41,847 nt of DNA, from the IMG/VR virus record IMGVR_UViG_3300031953_000042; one strand, given 5' to 3'. The stretch comes from a virus. How positions within the stretch are numbered: position 1 is the stretch's first letter; each line of letters opens with the position of its first letter. The notes below the pieces were generated by a model that was given only the letters and a program-made list of their open reading frames with translations, was not told the origin of the DNA and did no database searches. Both the position numbers and the translations under genes were made by a program. This document shows positions 32,313 through 39,686 of the stretch, one piece after another.

Positions 32313-32446
32313 GCTGAGTCGCTCATTTCGTACCCGCACGCGTCGCACCATTCGCGCCAATGCAAACCACCGCCGGGTCGCGTGTGGACTTCCGAGTTCG
32401 CGGGCTTTCCGCACTCTGGGCAGGTGATTTCTTCGTTGCTCGGCAT
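32309..32446 (-). CDS. Zinc-ribbon miniprotein (45 aa, below track cutoff)
   Basis: TAATG junction with the RecT stop. Sequence: MPSNEEITCPECGKPANSEVHTRPGGGLHWREWCDACGYEMSDSA, giving CxxC...CxxC. Confidence 0.55.
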   Translation of the reverse strand: MPSNEEITCPECGKPANSEVHTRPGGGLHWREWCDACGYEMSDSA

Positions 32447-33624
32447 TATTCGCCCCCGGCCGCGCTGTAACGCTCATACTCGGCCGGCGTCATTTCGCGA
32501 CCCTGTTCCCGAACGTGCGCGGGCAAGTCGAGCGCGTCAATCTTCGACGTGTCGGGCGGCCCTGAAACGCTCTGTGCGGCTCTGGGAGTCTCCGGCGCAT
32601 TAGTTGACCCGGCCGCGGTTTGCGTCGCGCTCGGCTCAACGTCACCAGCGGGCGGGGTGTTTCCGTCGCTCTCGTCAATCGTGCGAGCGTCTTCCCCTGT
32701 TGTGACGGTCTCGGCGGTGTCGTCGCCGTCTTCGTCGCGGCGCGTGTCGATCGCTTCCGTTTCACGATTCCAAAGCGAAACCATTTCGTCAGCGTTCACC
32801 GCAAGCGCTAGATCCGTTGAGAGCCGGAGAAACTTCGCCTGCTCCCTAAACGGGGTCTTAGTCGCCATAGCGTCGGCAAACTTCGCATTCCCCCACGGAG
32901 TCTTTTCCCACGAAGTCGGGCGCCGGCTCAGTATCTCTTCAACAGTCATAGCGAGCGTCGACGTTTGCCCGTTGGTTAGTTTCGCGATCGCCACAACGTC
33001 GGTCAGCGGGCGTTTGTTATCTCCGCCGCGTAACGCTTTGAACTCGTACCAGTTGCCGCGAGCCGAGTCGGATCCGGTCTCGAAGTGATCGCCCTCGCGA
33101 ACTCGAACGTACTCGAACGCCGACACGTTGCCCGAACGGTATCCGAGCTCAAAGAACCCGCGGTAGCCGATCACGGGCACGCACTCGAAAGAGCCCCGGC
33201 GTTCGCGCCCCTCTACAATCTTCACGGCGTTTTTGTTGAACCGCGGCGTCAGGTAGTAATGGCCGAGCGGCCCCCCGATTTCAAAGCCGAGAGTGGCGCC
33301 GAGCAAGATCGCGCCGGCGAGCGAGTCGCGAGTGGATTCCCGCAACGGTTGAACCGCGGCGATTGTGCGGAACACGTTGTAGAGATACCCGTCAACGTCG
33401 CGCACTCGGCCGGCGAGCAGTTCCGCGACTTGATCGCGGAAACTGAAAACCCAAGCCTCGGCGCCCTCTCGAACGCGGGCGGCTTTCTCGGTTTTCTGAA
33501 CACGCGCTAAGAACGTGCCGGGAGTAGCCGCCGGAGTTGGCTCGGCCGCCGGTGCCGGAGACTCGGCCGCGGGTTGCGCGGGGGTCTCAACGGCGGGGGT
33601 CTGGGATTGGTCGTTGGTAGTCAT
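32446..33624 (-). CDS. recT: RecT-family single-strand annealing protein with long acidic C-terminal tail
   Basis: The core LAGAILLGATLGFEIGGPLGHYYLTPR...VIGYRGFFELGYRSG is RecT-like. It is adjacent to a YqaJ exonuclease. Confidence 0.8.
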   Translation of the reverse strand: MTTNDQSQTPAVETPAQPAAESPAPAAEPTPAATPGTFLARVQKTEKAARVREGAEAWVFSFRDQVAELLAGRVRDVDGYLYNVFRTIAAVQPLRESTRDSLAGAILLGATLGFEIGGPLGHYYLTPRFNKNAVKIVEGRERRGSFECVPVIGYRGFFELGYRSGNVSAFEYVRVREGDHFETGSDSARGNWYEFKALRGGDNKRPLTDVVAIAKLTNGQTSTLAMTVEEILSRRPTSWEKTPWGNAKFADAMATKTPFREQAKFLRLSTDLALAVNADEMVSLWNRETEAIDTRRDEDGDDTAETVTTGEDARTIDESDGNTPPAGDVEPSATQTAAGSTNAPETPRAAQSVSGPPDTSKIDALDLPAHVREQGREMTPAEYERYSAAGGE

Positions 33625-33692
33625 TAGTGTGCCTCGTTCTTTTCTCTTGAGTTGTTTATCTGGGATTGTGTGCGGCCGCCCGATTGGGTTCG

Positions 33693-33745
33693 AGCGGCCG
33701 CGGTGTTGCTTAGGCTACTTGATCAGCAGCGGCCGCGGTGTTGCT
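33693..33745. repeat. 18-bp direct repeat AGCGGCCGCGGTGTTGCT (33693-33710 and 33728-33745) straddling the exonuclease stop codon
   Basis: Both copies were read directly. A further GCGGCCGC palindrome at 33672-33679 can pair with the one at 33694-33701. Confidence 0.8.
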
Positions 33746-34767
33746 CCGTCGGTTGTGTATGCGTCGACGGTGTCTTTCAATTCGGGGTGGTCGTGCAACA
33801 TGCCCTTGTGATCGAATGTTTTCCGCGGTGCCTTGTGCGGGCGCCACGTCGCGACCAGCTTCCGGTCTGCCAACTTGTCGGGGTTCACCGACAACGCTTC
33901 GGTCGCGTCGCCCATCTCGACTTTGACGTCGAGTGCGAGCGCTTCGCCGATTTCGGTCGCACGCTTCGCGAGAGCTTTCAGCCGCTTTAGGCGTGCGATC
34001 TTTTCGACGGTCTCGGCGCTGAGCTCGACAGACTCACCCGCGACGCCGGGCCATATTCCCGAAAGATCGTCGCCGAGAGTCGGGTCGGGCAGTTCTTCGC
34101 CGGCGGGCCCGTAACGGCGCCACCACTCGGCCGAGTACTCCGCGTACCACTCCACCATTTCGGCGTCGGCTTCAACTCGAATCGGCTCCGGCATTGTGTT
34201 GCCGCCGAAGATCGGGAGAACCCAGCCGTGATCGGAACCGAAAACGATGCACTCCTGAATGACTTGCATCCGAACCATGTCGGGAAGACCGCCGTCGGCG
34301 TCACCCCACGCGGCTCTCTTGTACTCGGTCACGTTTTTGATCTGGCCGGGAACGTGCTCACCGCTCGGCTCCACAATCACGGAGTCCAACGACGCGAGCA
34401 AGTGCGGGAACCGCGTCGAGCGGATAAGGCCCGGCGCTTCGATCATTTCGCCGAGGTACTTATGGCGGCTGTTCTCTTTGTTCCCGTGCCGACGTTTGAA
34501 GACTTCACGCGCGACGGGTTCCATTAGGTGCCCGAACTCCATAGCTTCGGTCTGTTCGTCGGTGATCTTCGTCGCCCGCTTCGAGAGAGCGACCTCGCGG
34601 GGAGTGCTCCACGGGGACAGGTCGAGAATGGTCGGGGCTTCGGAAGCGCCGAGCCCGCTTTGCCGGCCGACCAACCACGCCGGGGTGTTCGCCACGATCG
34701 GGGCGCCGTGCTCGTCGTTCACTACTTCCCACAAGGTGCGCTGCTCGGTCTGGGTTTTGGTTGTCAT
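33715..34767 (-). CDS. YqaJ-type (lambda Exo / RecE-like) exonuclease
   Basis: GLGASEAPTILDLSPWSTPREV is the YqaJ N-terminal motif. It is paired with RecT. Confidence 0.8.
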   Translation of the reverse strand: MTTKTQTEQRTLWEVVNDEHGAPIVANTPAWLVGRQSGLGASEAPTILDLSPWSTPREVALSKRATKITDEQTEAMEFGHLMEPVAREVFKRRHGNKENSRHKYLGEMIEAPGLIRSTRFPHLLASLDSVIVEPSGEHVPGQIKNVTEYKRAAWGDADGGLPDMVRMQVIQECIVFGSDHGWVLPIFGGNTMPEPIRVEADAEMVEWYAEYSAEWWRRYGPAGEELPDPTLGDDLSGIWPGVAGESVELSAETVEKIARLKRLKALAKRATEIGEALALDVKVEMGDATEALSVNPDKLADRKLVATWRPHKAPRKTFDHKGMLHDHPELKDTVDAYTTDGATPRPLLIK

Positions 34768-35441
34768 TTCGTGCCCTCTTTCTGAATGATTGCGCCCGCC
34801 AAGTTGACGAGTGCCATTGTGTTGTGATCGCCGCCAATATCGGGGTGGGCTTTGATCTTTGCCTCTCTGAGTAACTTAGGCACCGGCGCCGACATAGGCA
34901 ACCGCACCCCGACGAACTCACGGAGCCAAGCTTCGGCGCCGGCGGAATCCGCGAACGGGGCGGCCGAGCCGGGCATGGGGGTGCCCGACTCGATCGCGAG
35001 AAAGCCGCGGAACTGTTCACCGTTGCCGACGTGCCAACGGTCGATCGCTCTCAACGCTTCGAGAGTGAGCGCGATCGCCCGGAGGTTGTCTTCCCAGTGC
35101 GTGTAGTAATCCGACGGATAACGTTGCACGCCCGCCGGAGTCTCGAACGACAGAATGACGCCGGGGTGCCACGGCTTCCGGCCGGCTCGAAGCCGACCGT
35201 CCAGCGTGAAGTCCTCCGAGAGCGCGGCGATCTGCAGCCGCGGTTCTTTCGCTCCGATCTTGTCGAACGTTGTCGCAAGCTCTTGCATTGTTTTGCGAAT
35301 CGGAACGCGAGCGGCCGCGACGTACTTCCCGTTCTGAACACCGCCGGGGGTGCGGAAGCGTGCCTCCTGCCGGCGTTCAGTGAGTCGCGTCGGCCATTCC
35401 CCGATCGGTTCGAGCGTGAAAACCCGCGGATAACTAGACAC
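34764..35441 (-). CDS. Hypothetical protein with C-terminal J-domain-like HPD motif
   Basis: The C-terminus LLREAKIKAHPDIGGDHNTMALVNLAGAI fits a helix II - HPD - helix III pattern. GTG start. Confidence 0.55.
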   Translation of the reverse strand: MSSYPRVFTLEPIGEWPTRLTERRQEARFRTPGGVQNGKYVAAARVPIRKTMQELATTFDKIGAKEPRLQIAALSEDFTLDGRLRAGRKPWHPGVILSFETPAGVQRYPSDYYTHWEDNLRAIALTLEALRAIDRWHVGNGEQFRGFLAIESGTPMPGSAAPFADSAGAEAWLREFVGVRLPMSAPVPKLLREAKIKAHPDIGGDHNTMALVNLAGAIIQKEGTK

Positions 35442-35844
35442 CGAAAACCACCGCCAACTTATCTACAGGGAGCGCGCTTTGCTCGGTCGAGTCGTCCCAC
35501 CGAACGATCGCGTCTTTCCCCGACGGCGAGAGCGAGAGAACTGTCCCGAAAGAGTCGGCCGCGACAACCGGGGGGCCACTGTTTAGCCGCGGGGCAATGC
35601 ACACAACGCGAGAGTCGAGTTCTAACGCCGGCGGCTCGGTGTTCGGTGCGGGTGCCGTCGCGATCGTGGCAAGCGTGGCGTACACCTGAGCCAACGCCCC
35701 CAACTGTGCACCCCGTGACCGCTCGGCGATCACTCCCGCGTTGTTGTCGAACACGTTCCCGAGCTCTTCGGCGTTACGGAATATGTTCACCGCTTCGTCG
35801 GCGAGAGCTTCCGCCCGGCGCTGATTCTGTTCCGCGGTTCTCAT
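35434..35844 (-). CDS. Hypothetical protein
   Basis: 136 aa. ATGA overlap with the upstream ATPase gene. Confidence 0.6.
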   Translation of the reverse strand: MRTAEQNQRRAEALADEAVNIFRNAEELGNVFDNNAGVIAERSRGAQLGALAQVYATLATIATAPAPNTEPPALELDSRVVCIAPRLNSGPPVVAADSFGTVLSLSPSGKDAIVRWDDSTEQSALPVDKLAVVFGV

Positions 35845-37130
35845 GCCTTGCTCTTCCCGTTATCAGCGACGACGCGGCCCTCTTCGATCACGAAGCCAAC
35901 GTCGCCCGACTCATCGACAACTTCGACCCAAACTTGCGCCTCGTGCCGGGTAGCAATTGCGCGAATCGTTGCCATGTGCGCCGTGTCAATCAGCGAGCCC
36001 TCATTGATTCGGAAGACCCTCAACTCCGGGTTAGCCGCGGCCGCGACACCCATCGCGGTTTCCCATTGCTCGGCCGTGGAAGCATCCGACAAGGGGAGCC
36101 CCTTGTACGTCACGCCGTCTTCGTCGAAGCCGAGACCGTCGACCGGGAACTTCGCCGCGGCGAGACCGTCGGCGCGTTTCTTTTCGAGCGCTTCAATCTT
36201 GGCCGTGAGCCCGTCGCGCTTCGCTTTGGTCTCTTCGAGAGTCCGCGCCGTGTTCTGGCGCTGTTGCTCGGCACGAACCGCAGCGTTGATCGCGTCGGCG
36301 TTGTTGATCTTGCTCCGTGCCGCGTCGATTTCTTCCGCCGGCACCGGTGCCATTTCGGAAAGACGCCCGCGGATTTCTTCGGCTCGGTCGCGCGTTTTGT
36401 TGAGGCGCTCTTCCAAGTCGTCGGCGGTCGCCTGTAGGTGCGCGAGCTCTTCCGTTGTCTCTTCGTGCTGGCGAGCACAGTCGCGCAACGTTTCGAGCTC
36501 ATCCATTAGTTCAGCCGATGAAACTTCGGCCGCGGGAAGATCGGCCGCCGGCTGTTGGAAGCCCGCCAACTGTCCCTCGAGTTGTTTCACCACGCGCCCT
36601 ACGTCGGTGCGGGTGCTGTAGTGCTCGGCGCGCTCGGCGTCGAGTTGCACCGGGTCGAATCCAAGATCGACAAGCCCGACGAGCTCGGCTTGCTGATCTT
36701 TCGGAGACTTCGCGAGAAACTTCGCCGGGTCGAGAGCCAACACCGAATAGAACCGGTCGAGAACCTCTTGCGGCCGTGACAAGTGCGAATAGATCGCGTT
36801 CCCGTCGTCGTCGGTACGCTCCGAGCGTTGGCGCACCGTGATCTTCGTCACAATCTCTTTACTGCCGGGGGTCTTCCGTTCCCACGTTCGAGTTGCTTCA
36901 ATGTCGCCGAACTCAACAATGACGGCCGCGCGCTCTTCACCGTCCCGAATCGGGCGGCTAGTTTTCTTAGCCTTACCGCCGGCGATCGCCGCCTCGATCG
37001 CGTCGAGAATGGCCGACTTGCCGGCACCGTTCGCGCCGCTAATCTGAACAATCGGGTCGTTCGGGTCGGGGCTAATCTCAATCGCCCTAATCGTTTTGAA
37101 GTTCTCGGCCTGAAACTTTGCAATTATCAT
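35841..37130 (-). CDS. SMC/RecF/SbcC-like AAA ATPase with central coiled coil
   Basis: N-terminus FKTIRAIEI...ISGANGAGKSAILDAIE (Walker A), a long charged helical middle, and a C-terminal VWVEVVDE Walker B-like motif. Confidence 0.75.
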   Translation of the reverse strand: MIIAKFQAENFKTIRAIEISPDPNDPIVQISGANGAGKSAILDAIEAAIAGGKAKKTSRPIRDGEERAAVIVEFGDIEATRTWERKTPGSKEIVTKITVRQRSERTDDDGNAIYSHLSRPQEVLDRFYSVLALDPAKFLAKSPKDQQAELVGLVDLGFDPVQLDAERAEHYSTRTDVGRVVKQLEGQLAGFQQPAADLPAAEVSSAELMDELETLRDCARQHEETTEELAHLQATADDLEERLNKTRDRAEEIRGRLSEMAPVPAEEIDAARSKINNADAINAAVRAEQQRQNTARTLEETKAKRDGLTAKIEALEKKRADGLAAAKFPVDGLGFDEDGVTYKGLPLSDASTAEQWETAMGVAAAANPELRVFRINEGSLIDTAHMATIRAIATRHEAQVWVEVVDESGDVGFVIEEGRVVADNGKSKA

Positions 37131-37157
37131 CTGGGTTTTTCTTTCTTGTGAGGGTGC

Positions 37158-37183
37158 CGGGCGGCGAGAGTAGCCGCCGCCCG
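37158..37183 (-). terminator. 9-bp GC hairpin in a 71-bp gap (U-tract-less terminator/attenuator candidate)
   Basis: CGGGCGGCG (37158-37166) pairs with CGCCGCCCG (37175-37183). Confidence 0.35.
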
Positions 37184-37201
37184 ACAGTAATTGGGGTGGG
37201 G

Positions 37202-37549
37202 TTAGTTGCCGTCGCCTAAGTCGTCGATACCCGTCAGGGGGGTGTCGTCGTTGACGTCGTCTTCGTGCGGGTTCGGGCGGGTTTTCTGATTCGTGCGGCG
37301 AGTGAACTCCGAGTCGATCAGCTTCTCGATTTCGTCGCGACCCTTGCCGCTCGGAACTTCAATGTGCACAATCTGGAGCGTTGCTTGCTCGTCGCCCGTT
37401 GCTACGTCGGTGCGAATGTCCTTTACTGCCAGTTCAACAACCGCGTAACGACGTTCACGCGGAAGCGCAATCACTTGCCCGTGTAGGGCGATCAGTGCGT
37501 TGTGCTCGGTGGCGTCGGGGGTCTTCGTGCTCAATTTCGGTTTAGTCAT
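37202..37549 (-). CDS. Hypothetical protein with acidic C-terminal tail
   Basis: 115 aa. The tail DDVNDDTPLTGIDDLGDGN is reminiscent of SSB-type acidic tips, but I cannot see an OB-fold motif. Confidence 0.55.
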   Translation of the reverse strand: MTKPKLSTKTPDATEHNALIALHGQVIALPRERRYAVVELAVKDIRTDVATGDEQATLQIVHIEVPSGKGRDEIEKLIDSEFTRRTNQKTRPNPHEDDVNDDTPLTGIDDLGDGN

Positions 37550-38186
37550 TGTTCCTGTTCTTTCTCTGGGTGTTCGAGGGCCATTCGACGGCGTTCAATG
37601 CCGACGGTGTGACCCTCTGTGGGCTTGGCTCTCTGGGAGAGCCGAGCGCACGCGCCACCATAGCGGCGAGCGCGAGCGCGTCCGCGGTGTTGTCGTCGGT
37701 GACGAAAACGCCGGGGAACATTCGTGGGATAGCGAGCAGAATCGCGGCTTTGGAGTCTTGCCCCTTTGGAGTGCCGCCGCTTCCGGTCGCGTATTTCTTC
37801 ATGGTTGTTGTGCTGATTTCGATAACGATCCCGTGGTTGAAGAGTGCGTTAGTGACCAACCAGAACAACCCGGCACGATCGAGAACGCCTTGCCCGCCAT
37901 TCTTCGCGAGCAGCAACGGAAGCTCGATCGCAAAGACCGGGGCGTCGTCAACTTCGGGGTCGTAGCCGTCGAGAGCGGCCGCGACAATCCGCCCGGCGAT
38001 ACGTCGCAAACGGTTGCGGCGATCAAGTAGCCCGGCGTAAGACTTGCCGTCTTTCACCGCGGTTTTCTCCGGTGCGCTTCGCACGTTCCTAAGCAAGTGC
38101 GGGTGGCCCTCTAAGTCGTCCCCGCGAAGCACGGCCACGCCGGTATTCGTGAGAGACAAGTCGAGCCCAACAAAGTGATAAGGCAT
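37542..38186 (-). CDS. RuvC-like Holliday junction resolvase
   Basis: ATG 38186 (TAATG junction). FVGLDLSLTNTG, FAIELP and TDDNTADALALA supply the RuvC acidic residues. Confidence 0.75.
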   Translation of the reverse strand: MPYHFVGLDLSLTNTGVAVLRGDDLEGHPHLLRNVRSAPEKTAVKDGKSYAGLLDRRNRLRRIAGRIVAAALDGYDPEVDDAPVFAIELPLLLAKNGGQGVLDRAGLFWLVTNALFNHGIVIEISTTTMKKYATGSGGTPKGQDSKAAILLAIPRMFPGVFVTDDNTADALALAAMVARALGSPREPSPQRVTPSALNAVEWPSNTQRKNRNND

Positions 38187-38386
38187 TATTTCTCCGGTTG
38201 TTTCTGTTCGTGGAACACGGCGGTGATCGCACAAACGACAAGAGCGACGGCGAGCAGACTCGCCCCGTTGAACTTGTCGGATACTCCGAGAGCGATCGCG
38301 CCGGCGGCGGCGGCTTGTGCGAGAAAGATCACCGACCAACGGGGCGGCTTGCGGTCTTTCTTGCCGGATACAATTGTGCGTGTCAA
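38186..38386 (-). CDS. Small membrane protein (2 TM, 66 aa)
   Basis: TTG start with GAGG 7 nt upstream. Hydrophobic stretches WSVIFLAQAAAAGAIALGV and LLAVALVVCAITAVF. Confidence 0.5.
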   Translation of the reverse strand: MTRTIVSGKKDRKPPRWSVIFLAQAAAAGAIALGVSDKFNGASLLAVALVVCAITAVFHEQKQPEK

Positions 38387-38408
38387 AGTCGTGCCTCGAT
38401 TCTTGGCC

Positions 38409-38449
38409 GAGTGGGTGCCGATCTGGGTTCGGTGCCCACTCTTTTTTTT
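38409..38449 (+). terminator. Rho-independent terminator oriented for PLUS-strand transcription, inside the minus-strand operon
   Basis: A 12-bp stem (38409-38420 / 38430-38441) is followed by T8 (38442-38449). Two stem positions are G-U wobbles only in plus-strand RNA; they are A-C mismatches in minus-strand RNA. Confidence 0.65.
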
Positions 38450-38452
38450 GGG

Positions 38453-38683
38453 TTATCTTCCGAAGTTGCGGGTGATTTCTGCGGGGTCTTCGAGCCCGAA
38501 GAGCTCGGCGAGCAGTTCGAGTTCGTGCAGGGTGAACTCCCGCCGGCCGTTCATGCGTGCCGATACTGCCCCCAATCCGCGCTCGATCGTTTCGGCGATC
38601 TGTTGGTTGCTTACGTTGTTTTGAGCGGCGAGAGCGCGCACGTTGCCCGCTACTTTCTCCGCGAAGCTGAGTTGAGTTGCCAT
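38453..38683 (-). CDS. XRE/Cro-like helix-turn-helix regulator
   Basis: ATG 38683 with GAAAGG upstream. NVSNQQIAETIERGLGAVSARMNGRREFTLHEL is an XRE-type HTH. It is the first gene of the leftward operon at a divergent junction. Confidence 0.75.
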   Translation of the reverse strand: MATQLSFAEKVAGNVRALAAQNNVSNQQIAETIERGLGAVSARMNGRREFTLHELELLAELFGLEDPAEITRNFGR

Positions 38684-38823
38684 GTTTCTACCTTTCGTTA
38701 TTAGAGACCGTAACACAAACACGCCGCGCCGCGACCTGTTTAGGTTGTTTTCCGTTCACTTTGTGCCGTATAGTGGACTGCATCGGGTTCCTCCCGGTAC
38801 TACCCAGAACAGATTGGCACAAC
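38684..38823. promoter_or_regulatory. Divergent intergenic control region; candidate plus-strand promoter TTGTTT-18-TATAGT
   Basis: This is the only strand switch of the divergent type. TTGTTT lies at 38745-38750 and TATAGT at 38769-38774. I could not identify a convincing minus-strand promoter. Confidence 0.4.
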
Positions 38824-39288
38824 ATGAACAACGCAACCGCACAGATCGAACAGGGCACCCGCGTAAAGATCACCAGCAACCGCTCCGCTTCGCGTTTCTT
38901 TGTTCTGGGCTACGAGGGCGAATATGTTTACCTCGTTCAGACCAGCGCGAACTCAACTAGCGCCGCCGACATTTCAATGGTCAATCTGGATGTCGCTCTT
39001 GCTTCCGACATTGAAGCCGACCCCAAAGGCAAGGCCCAACTGATCAGCGCTTGGAAGCGTTTCTGGGAGCTCCGCGTTGCCGCGCAAGCCGTGAACACCC
39101 CGGCACCCGCCGAAGTTGAGCCGCTTCCCGCGTCGTCGTTCGCCCGTGTTGTTGCCGCCGCCGGTTGCTCGACTTGCGACGCACCGGCCGGCGAGAACTG
39201 CGCCCGAATCACCGAAGACGGAACCCGCCGTCCGCTCGGTCGGAATCACCGCAGCCGCGTTCTCGAAGCCAACGCCGCAACCCTCTAA
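38824..39288 (+). CDS. Hypothetical protein (N-terminal beta-rich module, C-terminal Cys/His knuckle)
   Basis: ATG 38824. C-terminus CSTCDAPAGENCARITEDGTRRPLGRNHRSR. Confidence 0.65.
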   Translation: MNNATAQIEQGTRVKITSNRSASRFFVLGYEGEYVYLVQTSANSTSAADISMVNLDVALASDIEADPKGKAQLISAWKRFWELRVAAQAVNTPAPAEVEPLPASSFARVVAAAGCSTCDAPAGENCARITEDGTRRPLGRNHRSRVLEANAATL

Positions 39289-39301
39289 CCCAACTTTTAC
39301 C

Positions 39302-39324
39302 GGGGGCGGCATCCCGCCGCCCCC
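39302..39324 (+). promoter_or_regulatory. Intercistronic stem-loop H1 (9-bp stem, loop ATCCC)
   Basis: GGGGGCGGC ATCCC GCCGCCCCC. Confidence 0.7.
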
Positions 39325-39345
39325 CCTGAACCGATCGGAAAGACC

Positions 39346-39633
39346 ATGACGAAAGCCGCCGAGACACAAGCCGCACGGGTCGAACGCCGCCTAATGGCGA
39401 TTTACCCGGCCGCTGATGGCTACGACGTGCAAGTTCACGTCGAGGGGTACTCTCTCGCGGCGAGCGTGTGGCGCGACAACAACCGGACGGTCGGATACGT
39501 CGGGGACAAGTGGACAGTTGCCGCGGCACTCGAAACGCTCACCCCGCTGTTCGACAAGCTAGACCGTGACGAAGACGGGAACCCGCCCCGTGACGAAGAC
39601 GGAAACCCGCTAGACCTGAGCCAGTACGCCTAA
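39346..39633 (+). CDS. Hypothetical protein with C-terminal DEDGNP tandem repeat
   Basis: 95 aa. Contains RDEDGNPPRDEDGNPLD. Confidence 0.65.
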   Translation: MTKAAETQAARVERRLMAIYPAADGYDVQVHVEGYSLAASVWRDNNRTVGYVGDKWTVAAALETLTPLFDKLDRDEDGNPPRDEDGNPLDLSQYA

Positions 39634-39640
39634 CCCCTAC

Positions 39641-39665
39641 GGGCTCGGCATCCCGCCGAGCTCCC
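39641..39665 (+). promoter_or_regulatory. Intercistronic stem-loop H2 (loop ATCCC, stem with one bulge)
   Basis: GGGCTCGGC ATCCC GCCGAGCTCCC. Confidence 0.65.
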
Positions 39666-39686
39666 AACGAATAGAAAGAGAAAACA

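Noticed and set aside
35031-36437. 468-aa plus-strand ORF, the longest plus-strand ORF in the window
   Set aside because: It runs antisense across three well-supported minus-strand genes (J-domain protein, 35434-35844, SMC-like ATPase). Its translation is Arg/Pro/Ser-rich with no motifs. This is a typical shadow ORF of a GC-rich genome.
38700-38770. Operator-like half sites (CACAAAC at about 38714, CACAAAG on the opposite strand at about 38757) in the divergent control region
   Set aside because: The match covers only 6-7 nt, spacing is about 40 bp, and there is no third copy. The evidence is too weak to call an operator without comparative data.
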